Of a stretch of DNA of 40,189 nt, positions 27,275 through 35,386 are shown in pieces. A program made the translations under genes and the position numbers. The notes beneath the pieces were generated by a model. It was given only the letters and a program-made list of their open reading frames with translations. It ran no database searches and was not told where the DNA came from. Numbering within the stretch: the stretch's first letter is position 1; every line of letters starts with the position of its first letter. Origin of the DNA: an uncultured Deferribacteres bacterium (GTDB lineage: Bacteria > Zhuqueibacterota > Zhuqueibacteria > Zhuqueibacterales > Geothermadaptataceae). The stretch lies in NCBI GenBank assembly GCA_964014485.1, contig CAXHAT010000058.1:1-40189 (forward strand), written 5' to 3'.

Positions 27275-27289
27275 TGGCACAGGAATTGT
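27275..27289 (+). promoter_or_regulatory. Sigma54 (-24/-12)-like promoter of the transporter operon
   Basis: TGGCAC-AGGAA-TTGT, same variant as at 24372, about 70 bp before the first start codon. Confidence 0.6.
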
Positions 27290-27361
27290 CAAAAGACGTC
27301 TGTACAGCGACCAACGCAAACTCTGCAATCTGAACTGCATGAATGGTAAGAGGTGTGGAGG

Positions 27362-29716
27362 ATGGAATTCAGACGATTGGTTTTGTTGAGTTTCTTGATT
27401 GTTCCTCTTTTGGCGTCGGCAAATCCTTCCTGGGCGCAGGAAGAAGACGAGGAAGAGGAAATTCCGCCAGGGGCGCGTCCCGTTTTAAAAATCAGTCAAA
27501 TCCCTTCGAACTTTAAATTTGACGGAATTGTCAATGCAAAGAACGGCCAAGCTCCAGACTCTATCGCGAACCTCATTATGGTGGAGCCGGAAGAAGGCGG
27601 TGAACCGGAAAGCCGCACTGTCGTCCGCGCCTTTGCTAACCAAAGTGAATTGATTTTCGCAATCCGGTGTTATGATGATGATCCCGGGGGAATTGTGTCC
27701 TTCTCGAAATCGCGTGATTCTCAGCTCGATTCGGAAGGCGACGTTGTTATGCTCACTTCGGAAGATCATGTTCTTCTCGTGCTCGATACTTTTCTCGACG
27801 GCCGCTCTGGCTATGTTTTCGCGGTTAATCCCAGCGGTGCGCGCTTCGATGGTCTCGTGATTGAGCAAGGCGAAGACGTCAACGGCGACTGGGACACGGT
27901 TTGGGAAGCCAAGACTTCCCGCGACGCTTCCGGCTGGTACGCTGAAATTCGCATTCCGATCAAAAGTCTCAGCTTTAAAAAAGATTTAACTACGTGGGGC
28001 TTCAACGTCCAGCGCAACGTTCAGCGTTTGCAAGAAATCAGCCGTTGGTCGGGAGCGAGCCAGGATTTTGAAATTTTCCAAACCAGCCGCGCCGGACTTT
28101 TGGACGGCCTTCCCTCCTTCGACGTTGGCTTGGGCTTGAGTATTCGCGCCTCGCTCGTCGGTGTTGGGCAAAAACTGGGGCCGGACGAAGACAATGAATT
28201 CGACGGCGACCCGAGCCTGGACATTACCCAAAGGCTGGGGCCGAACTTGACCGCCGCCTTGACGACAAACACCGATTTTGCTGAAACCGAGGTGGACGTT
28301 CGACAAATCAACCTAACGCGCTTCGATCTTTTTTTCCCGGAAAAGCGCTCCTTTTTTCTGCAAGGTTCGGATATTTTTGAATTCGGCGTGGGGCTGGACG
28401 AAGACACGTTCATTCCATTTTTCAGCCGACGCATCGGTCTTATCGGGGCGGGCGAGGACGATTTGGCGGAAATTCCGATTGACGTCGGCGGCAAAATTAA
28501 CGGACGCATTGGCAACACCAATATTGCCGCATTAGTGGTTAACACACGGCAAATTGACAGCCTCGACGTCGGCGACGCTGACGAAGACATAAAAATCCAT
28601 GTGCCTGACGCGACGATGGGCGCGATCCGCATCAACCAGAATATTCTGGAGGAATCATCTATTGGCGCAATGGCGACGTTCGGCGACCAATTTGGCCGCG
28701 CCGACAGTTGGTCGGGCGGACTCGATTTTACCTACCGCACGTCGAATTTTCTGAATGAAAAAAACTTTGTTTTAAGCCTGTGGGGCATGACGAACGATCG
28801 CGAAGATTTGGAAGACGATAAAAACGCCTACGGCCTCCGAATCGAATATCCCAACGAACTTTTCGACCTCAGCTTCGGCGCCGTGCGCGTTGGAGATGGT
28901 TTTGAGCCGTCATTGGCTTTCACGCCGCGCACCGGCGTGCAAATCTGGGATTTCAGCGGCGAGTTCAGACCGCGCCCGTCCTGGGAATTGGTGCGGCAAA
29001 TGACGCACGAAATCGGCTTCCGGCTCTTCGATAATATTGAGAGCAACGAATGGGAAACGTATGAAGTGACGCTCATGCCGCTGAACTGGCAGTTGGAAAG
29101 CGGCGACAGTTTCCAGGGAGGCTTTTTGCTCGAAGGCGACAGACCGGACGAAGCTTTTGAAGTCGCTTCCGACACTGATCTTCCGTCCGCCGATTTTGCT
29201 GGCGAACCTTATGAATGGACGCGGTATTTCGCGGGCTTTCGTACGGCGGAAAAACGAAGGTTCAGCGCGGGACTTGTGTGGGAATTCGGCGATTTTTACA
29301 ACGGCGATTTGAATACCATTGAAGGCCGGGTGGGGTTGAAAGTTTCGTCGTTTCTCACGCTTGAGTTGAGCACGGAGCGCAACACGGGCACGGTCATGGC
29401 GCTGCCGGAAGACACTGAAGAAGAAGACGCCGCCGAATTGGAAGAAACTGATTTTACGGAAGAACTCTTTGGCGCGCGTTTGCAATTGAACTTCTCACCC
29501 GACCTTCAACTGAGCAGCTTGACACAATTCGACAATGAAAGCAACGAACTGGGCGCCAACATCCGTTTGCGTTGGACCTTCGATCCATTGGGCGACTTTT
29601 TTCTGGTTTATAATCACAATTGGGTGCGCGAGACGGACGATGTTCGCGGTGTCAAGCGCTGGCAATTCGTTTCGCGTGAAGTTCCCTTGAAGCTTCAGTA
29701 CGCCCTACGGTTTTAG
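27362..29716 (+). CDS. Outer-membrane protein, CBM9-like N-domain plus DUF5916-type barrel
   Basis: Signal peptide ending SWA-Q; LDTFLDGRSGYVFAVNPSG, WYAEIRIPIKSL, WGFNVQR, NTDFAETEVD..INLTRF.LFFPEKRSFFL, FFSRRIG; C-terminal LQYALRF. Confidence 0.85.
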   Translation: MEFRRLVLLSFLIVPLLASANPSWAQEEDEEEEIPPGARPVLKISQIPSNFKFDGIVNAKNGQAPDSIANLIMVEPEEGGEPESRTVVRAFANQSELIFAIRCYDDDPGGIVSFSKSRDSQLDSEGDVVMLTSEDHVLLVLDTFLDGRSGYVFAVNPSGARFDGLVIEQGEDVNGDWDTVWEAKTSRDASGWYAEIRIPIKSLSFKKDLTTWGFNVQRNVQRLQEISRWSGASQDFEIFQTSRAGLLDGLPSFDVGLGLSIRASLVGVGQKLGPDEDNEFDGDPSLDITQRLGPNLTAALTTNTDFAETEVDVRQINLTRFDLFFPEKRSFFLQGSDIFEFGVGLDEDTFIPFFSRRIGLIGAGEDDLAEIPIDVGGKINGRIGNTNIAALVVNTRQIDSLDVGDADEDIKIHVPDATMGAIRINQNILEESSIGAMATFGDQFGRADSWSGGLDFTYRTSNFLNEKNFVLSLWGMTNDREDLEDDKNAYGLRIEYPNELFDLSFGAVRVGDGFEPSLAFTPRTGVQIWDFSGEFRPRPSWELVRQMTHEIGFRLFDNIESNEWETYEVTLMPLNWQLESGDSFQGGFLLEGDRPDEAFEVASDTDLPSADFAGEPYEWTRYFAGFRTAEKRRFSAGLVWEFGDFYNGDLNTIEGRVGLKVSSFLTLELSTERNTGTVMALPEDTEEEDAAELEETDFTEELFGARLQLNFSPDLQLSSLTQFDNESNELGANIRLRWTFDPLGDFFLVYNHNWVRETDDVRGVKRWQFVSREVPLKLQYALRF

Positions 29717-29722
29717 TTCTGA

Positions 29723-29954
29723 GAAGCTGTTTTAAAAATCCCGTAAGGGTGCTTGATAATAGCCAGGCGATTTATCGCCTGGAACCGATGGTCTCTTATG
29801 ATCTTAAATCCCGCCAGGGACGATTGAGGCTGGAAACGCGATAAAATCTCAACCGTCTCTGACGGGACTCGACAAAAAACAAAACGTCGTCTTCCCCGGA
29901 AGTGAACTTCCGGGCTACTTTCGACCGTCACTGCGAGACTTTTAAAACAGCTTC
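29723..29954. mobile_element. MITE-like element, perfect 15-bp TIRs, TGA duplication, internal multi-hairpin REP-like cargo
   Basis: TGA|GAAGCTGTTTTAAAA...TTTTAAAACAGCTTC|TGA; internal CCAGGCGAT/ATCGCCTGG, ATCCCGCCAGGGACGATTGAG/CTCAACCGTCTCTGACGGGAC, CCCGGAAGT/ACTTCCGGG. Confidence 0.85.
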
Positions 29955-30003
29955 TGAATGACATGAGCAAATAAACATTCCAAAAATCGAGGAGGGTTAA
30001 ATA

Positions 30004-30891
30004 ATGAGCCTATTATGCAGCGGTTTTATTGGGAGGACATTTTCTCTAATGGTGTTTTTCACCTGTCTGAGCATCGCAAGTACGTGCGTTTTGGCGCAGG
30101 ATGAAGAAAAACCTGAAAAGGAATGGGAAGATTTCAATCCGAATAATTTCAGCAATCCGACCAAGGTTGACAACCCGTATTTTCCACTCAATCCCGGTAT
30201 GCGGCTCACCTGGGAAGGATCAACGATTGAAGATGATGGCGAAGAAATTCCTCATAAAGTCGTTTTTACTGTTACCGATCTGATCAAGGTCATCGCAGGC
30301 GTGCGCACAGTTGTCTGCTGGGATCAGGATTACGCCGACGGCGCCTTGGAAGAAACGGAGATCGTTTTCTTTGCGCAGGATGACGAAGGTACAGTTTGGC
30401 ATCTCGGGCAATATCCGGAAGAATACGATGACGGTAAGCTCGTCGCGGCTCCGGCATGGTTGCACGGCATTGAGGACGCCGTTGCGGGCATTATGATGAA
30501 AGCGGAGCCAAAAGTCGGTACGCCCGGTTACTCGCAAGGTTGGGGCCCTGCGGTTGGCTGGACGGATCGCGGCGTGACCTACAAGGTTGGCGAAAAAGCT
30601 GAAACGCCCTATAAAAATTTCGACGATGTTCTGGTGATCAAGGAGTGGGCGAAGGAAGAGCCGGGCGCTTATCAAATCAAATACTATGGGCGCGGCGTCG
30701 GCAATATCAAGGTCGGCTGGGAAGGCGACAGCGATCCGAACAAGGAAACGCTGGCGTTAGTCAAAGTCGAGCATCTTGAAGGCAAGAAGTTGGCGAAGGT
30801 GCGCAAAAGCGTATTAAAGCTCGAGAAAAGCGCATACAAAAACAGCAAAAACGTCTACGCTCACACAACCCCGGCGGAGCAGCGAAAATAG
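30004..30891 (+). CDS. Secreted hypothetical protein
   Basis: 295 aa, GGAGG RBS, signal ending VLA-Q; beta-rich acidic body (VDNPYFPLNPG, FFAQDDEGTVWHLG, KYYGRGVG). Confidence 0.8.
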   Translation: MSLLCSGFIGRTFSLMVFFTCLSIASTCVLAQDEEKPEKEWEDFNPNNFSNPTKVDNPYFPLNPGMRLTWEGSTIEDDGEEIPHKVVFTVTDLIKVIAGVRTVVCWDQDYADGALEETEIVFFAQDDEGTVWHLGQYPEEYDDGKLVAAPAWLHGIEDAVAGIMMKAEPKVGTPGYSQGWGPAVGWTDRGVTYKVGEKAETPYKNFDDVLVIKEWAKEEPGAYQIKYYGRGVGNIKVGWEGDSDPNKETLALVKVEHLEGKKLAKVRKSVLKLEKSAYKNSKNVYAHTTPAEQRK

Positions 30892-30895
30892 GCAA

Positions 30896-30931
30896 AATGG
30901 AGTGTTGGAATCTTGGATTGTTGGAGTGATG
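30896..30931. repeat. Octamer tandem, same unit as 6131-6230
   Basis: AATGGAGT GTTGGAAT CTTGGATT GTTGGAGT GATG directly after the stop codon; opposing arm degenerate. Confidence 0.7.
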
Positions 30932-31108
30932 CGGTTTCAACATTCCGCCGATCCAGAATTCTCACAGCAAACGCTGTTTGAAGCGAGTGTTTAGAACAAG
31001 CCCCCAAGATAATAATTTCTGGAACTGAACCCTAACTGAACTTGCGAGAGCCTTGAAACAACACACTGTCCAATGCTCTTGCGCTCATCGAAAGGAGGAG
31101 GTCTCATT

Positions 31109-34100
31109 ATGATGCGATGGATTATTGGGTCGAGCCTGAAAGGCCGGCTCGTCGTGACTGCTGCTGCTGCACTGCTGATTGTTTTCGGCTTCACGCAGCT
31201 TAGCAAAATGCCGATGGACGCCTTGCCGGAGTTCTCGCGGCCTTATGTGGAAGTTCAGACGGAAGCGCTCGGTCTATCCGCCCAGGAAGTGGAAGCGATG
31301 GTCACAACGCCGATGGAGGCGGACATGCTCAACGGCACGCCCTGGGCTGAAGAAATCCGTTCCGTGTCGATACCAGGCATGTCGTCGATCATTCTCACTT
31401 TCGAAAGAGGAACGGATATTATGCGCGCCCGGCAGGTTGTCACGGAGCGTATGACAGAAATCTTTGCATTGCCGCAGGTTTCGACCCCGCCGACGATGGT
31501 CGATCCGGTCGCCTCAGCCAGCCGATGTCTGGAGATCGGTGTAACCTCGAACACATTGTCTCTGATTGATTTGTCAGTGCTCGCGCGCTGGACGATTGCG
31601 CCCAAACTGATGGGTTTAGATGGCGTCGCAAATGTCTCCATCTGGGGCGAACGCCAGCGGCAGCTTCAGGTGCAGGTCGATCCCGAAAACTTGCGTGCAC
31701 AAGGGCTGACCCTACAGCAAGTCATCAATACCGCCGGCAACTCGCTGTGGTCCTCACCGTTGAGTTATCTTGAAGCCTCAACGCCTGGCACCGGCGGCTG
31801 GATTGAGACACCGAATCAGAGACTAACCGTCAGACATGTTTTACCGATCCAAACGGCGGCGGACTTGGCCCAGGTACCCATCGAAGGCGCGCCCTCGAAG
31901 CGTCTCGGTGATATTGCCACTGTCGTGGAAGACCACCAACCGCTGATCGGTGACGCTTTTGTCAATGATGAAGCTTCACTCATGCTGGTCGTCGAAAAAT
32001 TTCCCTGGGCAAATACCAAAGATGTAACAGGCGAAGTCGAATCGGCGTTGACGTCGTTGAGCCACGGCTTGCCTGGCGTGGAAATGGACCCCACGCTTTT
32101 TCGGCCGGCAACATTCATCGAGCAGGCGGTCGGAAACCTGACCTCGACATTTCTCATCAGCGGCATTCTCCTGATTGTCGCGCTTTTTGCCTTTCTCTTC
32201 AACTGGCGCACGGCGTTGATCAGCACCGTCACGGTTTTGACGTCTGCAATTGTAGCGGGCGGCGTGCTCAACGCTATGGGAATCGAGCTCAACCTGATGA
32301 TCATCGCAGGGTTGATGATCGCCCTCGCCGCGCTGATTGATGATGCGATCGTCGGTATCGAAAACATTGCCCGGCGCTTACGTGAGACGAGTGCGGAAGA
32401 CAGCGGCAAGTCGACGGCAACCATTCTTTATGAAGCTGTGGCAGAGATGCGTAGTCCTCTTCTCTACGCAACGGCGATTATGGTACTGGCTGTTCTGCCG
32501 GTTATGTTCCTCCAAGGCGTATCCGGAGAATTCTTCCAGCCGGTCGCGACCGGCTACTTCCTGGCACTGCTGGCTTCGCTGGCGGTTGCGTTGACTGTGA
32601 CGCCAGCCCTGAGCCTGCTACTTCTTCGCCAAGGCTCCTTGCAAAGCGGAGATTCTCCGATTTCCGGCATATTGCGCGGCATTCATAGCGGACTGTTCGG
32701 GTGGGCGTCGCGCGTACCAAAACCTGCCTTTGCGGCAGTCTGCGTTGTCGCGCTCGTCGGCGTCATCTCAACAGCATTTCTCCGTCAGGAATCTCTGCTG
32801 CCGGATTTAAAGGAAACCAATCTTGTGGTTCGCATGGCAGGCAATCCGGCTGCTTCTCATCCTGCAATGACCCGGGTAACAACGCTAGCCAGCCGCGAGC
32901 TCCGCGGTATTCCGGGCGTCCTCAATGTCAGCGCCCACGTCGGGCGAGCGATCATGTCGGATAAACACACCAATATCAACGCCAGCGACATTTGGGTCAG
33001 TATCGATCCAAACGCCGATTATGATGCGACCGTTGCCGCGGTCAAGGAAACGGTTTCCGGCTACCCCGGCCTGTCGCCTGAAGTATTGACCTATCGTCAG
33101 GCGCAAGTCAGAGAAGAGCTTACGGGAACCGGCGAATCCCTGGTCGTACGCGTTTACGGCGAAGACTTCGACGTCATCCGTCAAAAGGCCGATGAAGTGC
33201 AGAAGATGATGGCGGGCGTCAGCGGTATTGTCGATCCGAAAGTGCAGTATCCCAAGCAAATGCCAACTGTGGAAATCGAGGTCGATATCGAAAGGGCCAA
33301 ACAAATAGGCGTCAAGCCGGGTGACGTCCGCCGGGCCGCCGCCGCTCTGGTGGGAGGCATCACCGTAGGCAGTCTTTTTGAAGAACAGAAAGTATTCGAT
33401 GTGGTGGTGTGGGGCATTCCTGATGTTCGCCACAATATAAGCAATATTCAAAATCTTTTGATCGACAAGCCGGACGGCGGGCATGTACGTTTGAGAGACG
33501 TTGCCGATGTACGTATCGCACCTTCCGCCGCAGAAATCCATCGCGATGCAGTGGCGCGCCGGATAGACGTCGTTGCGGATGTAGACGGTCGCGATCTCGC
33601 CGCTATTGCGGCCGATATCGAAAACGGCGTCGACGGTATCAGCTTCCCGCTCGAATACCGCGCGGAGATCATGGGTGAATATGCCGAGCGCCTTGCCGCC
33701 CAGAACCGCGTTTTGGCATTTGCGATTACTGCCGCAATCGGCATTTTCTTGCTCCTGCAAGTTTTCTTCGGAAGCTGGCGACTTGCGACCGCCGTTTTCC
33801 TGACCCTGCCGATGGCGCTTGCCGGAAGCGCTGTGGCGGCATTCCTGAGCACCGGAGGCCTAGTGTCATTCGGCTCGATTGTCGGATTTGTCGCAGTCTT
33901 TGGCATAGCTGTACGCAACAGTATCACGCTAGTCAATCGCTACCGGCAGCTCGAGAGTGAAGGTGAGGAATTCGGCGCTGAGCTCGTACAACGCGCCACA
34001 AGGGAACGGTCTGGGCCGATCTTGATGACGGCGTTCGCAACCGCACTCATCTTTCTACCCTTTGCATTTGCCGGCAGCATCGCCGGTCTTGAAATCGCGC

Positions 34101-34315
34101 AGCCGCTAGCCGTTGTCGTTTTGGGCGGATTGGTTACTGCGACGCCGCTCACCTTAATGGGCGTTCCTGCCATATACCTGATGTTTGGCGAAGCCCGCGA
34201 AGAAGACCTTGACCTGATTCCGGTCACGGTTATTACCGAGGAAGAAGTTCCCGGCCCCGCCGCAAGCGCTTTTGGAGAAGAAGCTGAAGAAGAATCAACA
34301 AAAGTTAGTCAATAA
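31109..34315 (+). CDS. RND permease subunit 1, CusA/CzcA-like
   Basis: MMRWII after AGGAGG; MPMDALPEF..VEVQT..GLSAQEVE; TM4 IDDAIVGIEN; GIAVRNSI; ERSGPILMTA; PLAVVVLGGL. Confidence 0.93.
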   Translation: MMRWIIGSSLKGRLVVTAAAALLIVFGFTQLSKMPMDALPEFSRPYVEVQTEALGLSAQEVEAMVTTPMEADMLNGTPWAEEIRSVSIPGMSSIILTFERGTDIMRARQVVTERMTEIFALPQVSTPPTMVDPVASASRCLEIGVTSNTLSLIDLSVLARWTIAPKLMGLDGVANVSIWGERQRQLQVQVDPENLRAQGLTLQQVINTAGNSLWSSPLSYLEASTPGTGGWIETPNQRLTVRHVLPIQTAADLAQVPIEGAPSKRLGDIATVVEDHQPLIGDAFVNDEASLMLVVEKFPWANTKDVTGEVESALTSLSHGLPGVEMDPTLFRPATFIEQAVGNLTSTFLISGILLIVALFAFLFNWRTALISTVTVLTSAIVAGGVLNAMGIELNLMIIAGLMIALAALIDDAIVGIENIARRLRETSAEDSGKSTATILYEAVAEMRSPLLYATAIMVLAVLPVMFLQGVSGEFFQPVATGYFLALLASLAVALTVTPALSLLLLRQGSLQSGDSPISGILRGIHSGLFGWASRVPKPAFAAVCVVALVGVISTAFLRQESLLPDLKETNLVVRMAGNPAASHPAMTRVTTLASRELRGIPGVLNVSAHVGRAIMSDKHTNINASDIWVSIDPNADYDATVAAVKETVSGYPGLSPEVLTYRQAQVREELTGTGESLVVRVYGEDFDVIRQKADEVQKMMAGVSGIVDPKVQYPKQMPTVEIEVDIERAKQIGVKPGDVRRAAAALVGGITVGSLFEEQKVFDVVVWGIPDVRHNISNIQNLLIDKPDGGHVRLRDVADVRIAPSAAEIHRDAVARRIDVVADVDGRDLAAIAADIENGVDGISFPLEYRAEIMGEYAERLAAQNRVLAFAITAAIGIFLLLQVFFGSWRLATAVFLTLPMALAGSAVAAFLSTGGLVSFGSIVGFVAVFGIAVRNSITLVNRYRQLESEGEEFGAELVQRATRERSGPILMTAFATALIFLPFAFAGSIAGLEIAQPLAVVVLGGLVTATPLTLMGVPAIYLMFGEAREEDLDLIPVTVITEEEVPGPAASAFGEEAEEESTKVSQ

Positions 34316-34328
34316 CAAGGAGGGAAAG

Positions 34329-34757
34329 ATGCAAACGATTCTCCGTAATCTTTTTACAGCACTGGTTGTCTGCGGCCTGATGTTTTTCGGATGCCAGGGG
34401 CATGGGCACGATGACCACGGCGTACATCCCGCCGAAGTCGAGCCTATTGCAGGGTCTGATCTCAGCAAAATCACTTTGACCGAAAGGGCGATGCAGCGCC
34501 TCGACGTCAAAACCGACGAGGTTCGCGAGCAGGCAGGGAAAAAAACTGTTCCCTACGCCTCGTTGATATACGACCCGCAGGGCCAGACCTGGGTCTATAC
34601 CAGTCCTCAAGCTCGAACCTTTGTACGAGCTAAAGTTGACGTCGACGAAATAAGAGGCGATACGGCCTACTTGAAGGACGGCCCGCCTGCCGGCACAGTC
34701 GTCGCGACAGTAGCTGTGGCGGAAATCTACGGGACGGAATTCGAGGTAGGACATTAA
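34329..34757 (+). CDS. His-rich lipoprotein resembling a truncated RND periplasmic adaptor
   Basis: ATG after AAGGAGG; lipobox MFFG-C then QGHGHDDHGVH; ITLTERAMQRLDVKT joined directly to VPYASLIY..WVY..TFVRAKV..DGPPAGTVVATVAVAEIYG; 142 aa. Confidence 0.8.
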   Translation: MQTILRNLFTALVVCGLMFFGCQGHGHDDHGVHPAEVEPIAGSDLSKITLTERAMQRLDVKTDEVREQAGKKTVPYASLIYDPQGQTWVYTSPQARTFVRAKVDVDEIRGDTAYLKDGPPAGTVVATVAVAEIYGTEFEVGH

Positions 34758-34761
34758 AGAA

Positions 34762-34840
34762 GGGGCAAAGGTGCAAAGTGACATAGGAGCAGAGTATTGA
34801 ATCTTTGCTCCTATGATCCTTTGCCGCTTTGTTCCTTTGA
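34762..34840. repeat. Inverted octamer array overlapping the four-helix-bundle 3' end
   Basis: GGGGCAAA GGTGCAAA GTGACATA GGAGCAGA G ... CTTTGCTC CTATGATC CTTTGCCG CTTTGTTC CTTTGA. Confidence 0.88.
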
Positions 34841-35191
34841 TTTCAACTTTCGAATGAGGCTGCTGAGCATTCTTTCGAGTTCACGGCTGGCTTCGAAGGT
34901 TGAATCAAAGTCAGTCCTACTTAAAAATTCCAGGTTTTTGGCAATTTCCAGTTGCGTTTGAAATTCGAAAAGCGATCCCATCGCGATTTGAAGAAATCGG
35001 AGATAATCTTTTGTTGTCTGTCGACCAAAACCTTCCGCGATGTTACTCGGCACGGAAACAGCCGACCGCCTTAACTGGTTGGTCAATCCGTACCGTTCTT
35101 CTCGCGGAAACGCCTGCGACAATCGATAAATATTCGTCACAAGCTGCATGGATTTTTGCCAGACAATGAGTTCACGAAAAGTTTTGATCAT
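34811..35191 (-). CDS. Four-helix-bundle protein (TIGR02436 / 23S rRNA IVS protein family)
   Basis: FRELIVWQKSM, FPREERYGLTNQLRRSAVSVPSNIAEGFGR, FLQIAMGSLFEFQTQLEIA; ATG 35191 has a GGGAG RBS. Confidence 0.93.
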   Translation of the reverse strand: MIKTFRELIVWQKSMQLVTNIYRLSQAFPREERYGLTNQLRRSAVSVPSNIAEGFGRQTTKDYLRFLQIAMGSLFEFQTQLEIAKNLEFLSRTDFDSTFEASRELERMLSSLIRKLKSKEQSGKGS

Positions 35192-35278
35192 GACGCTTCT
35201 CCCGCTCAACATCCCGCATAATTGAATTGATCAGGCTTAACTAAAGAAATCATGTTTTTCATCCAACAAAGATAATCC

Positions 35279-35364
35279 AAAGGAGCAAAACGATTTGCGA
35301 AGCGTGCGAACTTTTCACCTAAGCCTTTGCCGCTCTGGCCCTTTGCTCCTTTGTCCCTTTGTAC
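35279..35364. repeat. Octamer array on the other flank of the four-helix-bundle gene
   Basis: AAAGGAGCAAA ... CTTTGCCG CTCTGGCC CTTTGCTC CTTTGTCC CTTTGTAC. Confidence 0.85.
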
Positions 35365-35386
35365 CCAAAAACCGCGAGGTTTTAAA

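Noticed and set aside
34811..35191. Diversity-generating retroelement or 23S rRNA intervening sequence
   Set aside because: No reverse transcriptase, no TR/VR pair differing only at adenines, and no rRNA in the window; the shared paralogue 3' ends differ at all base types.
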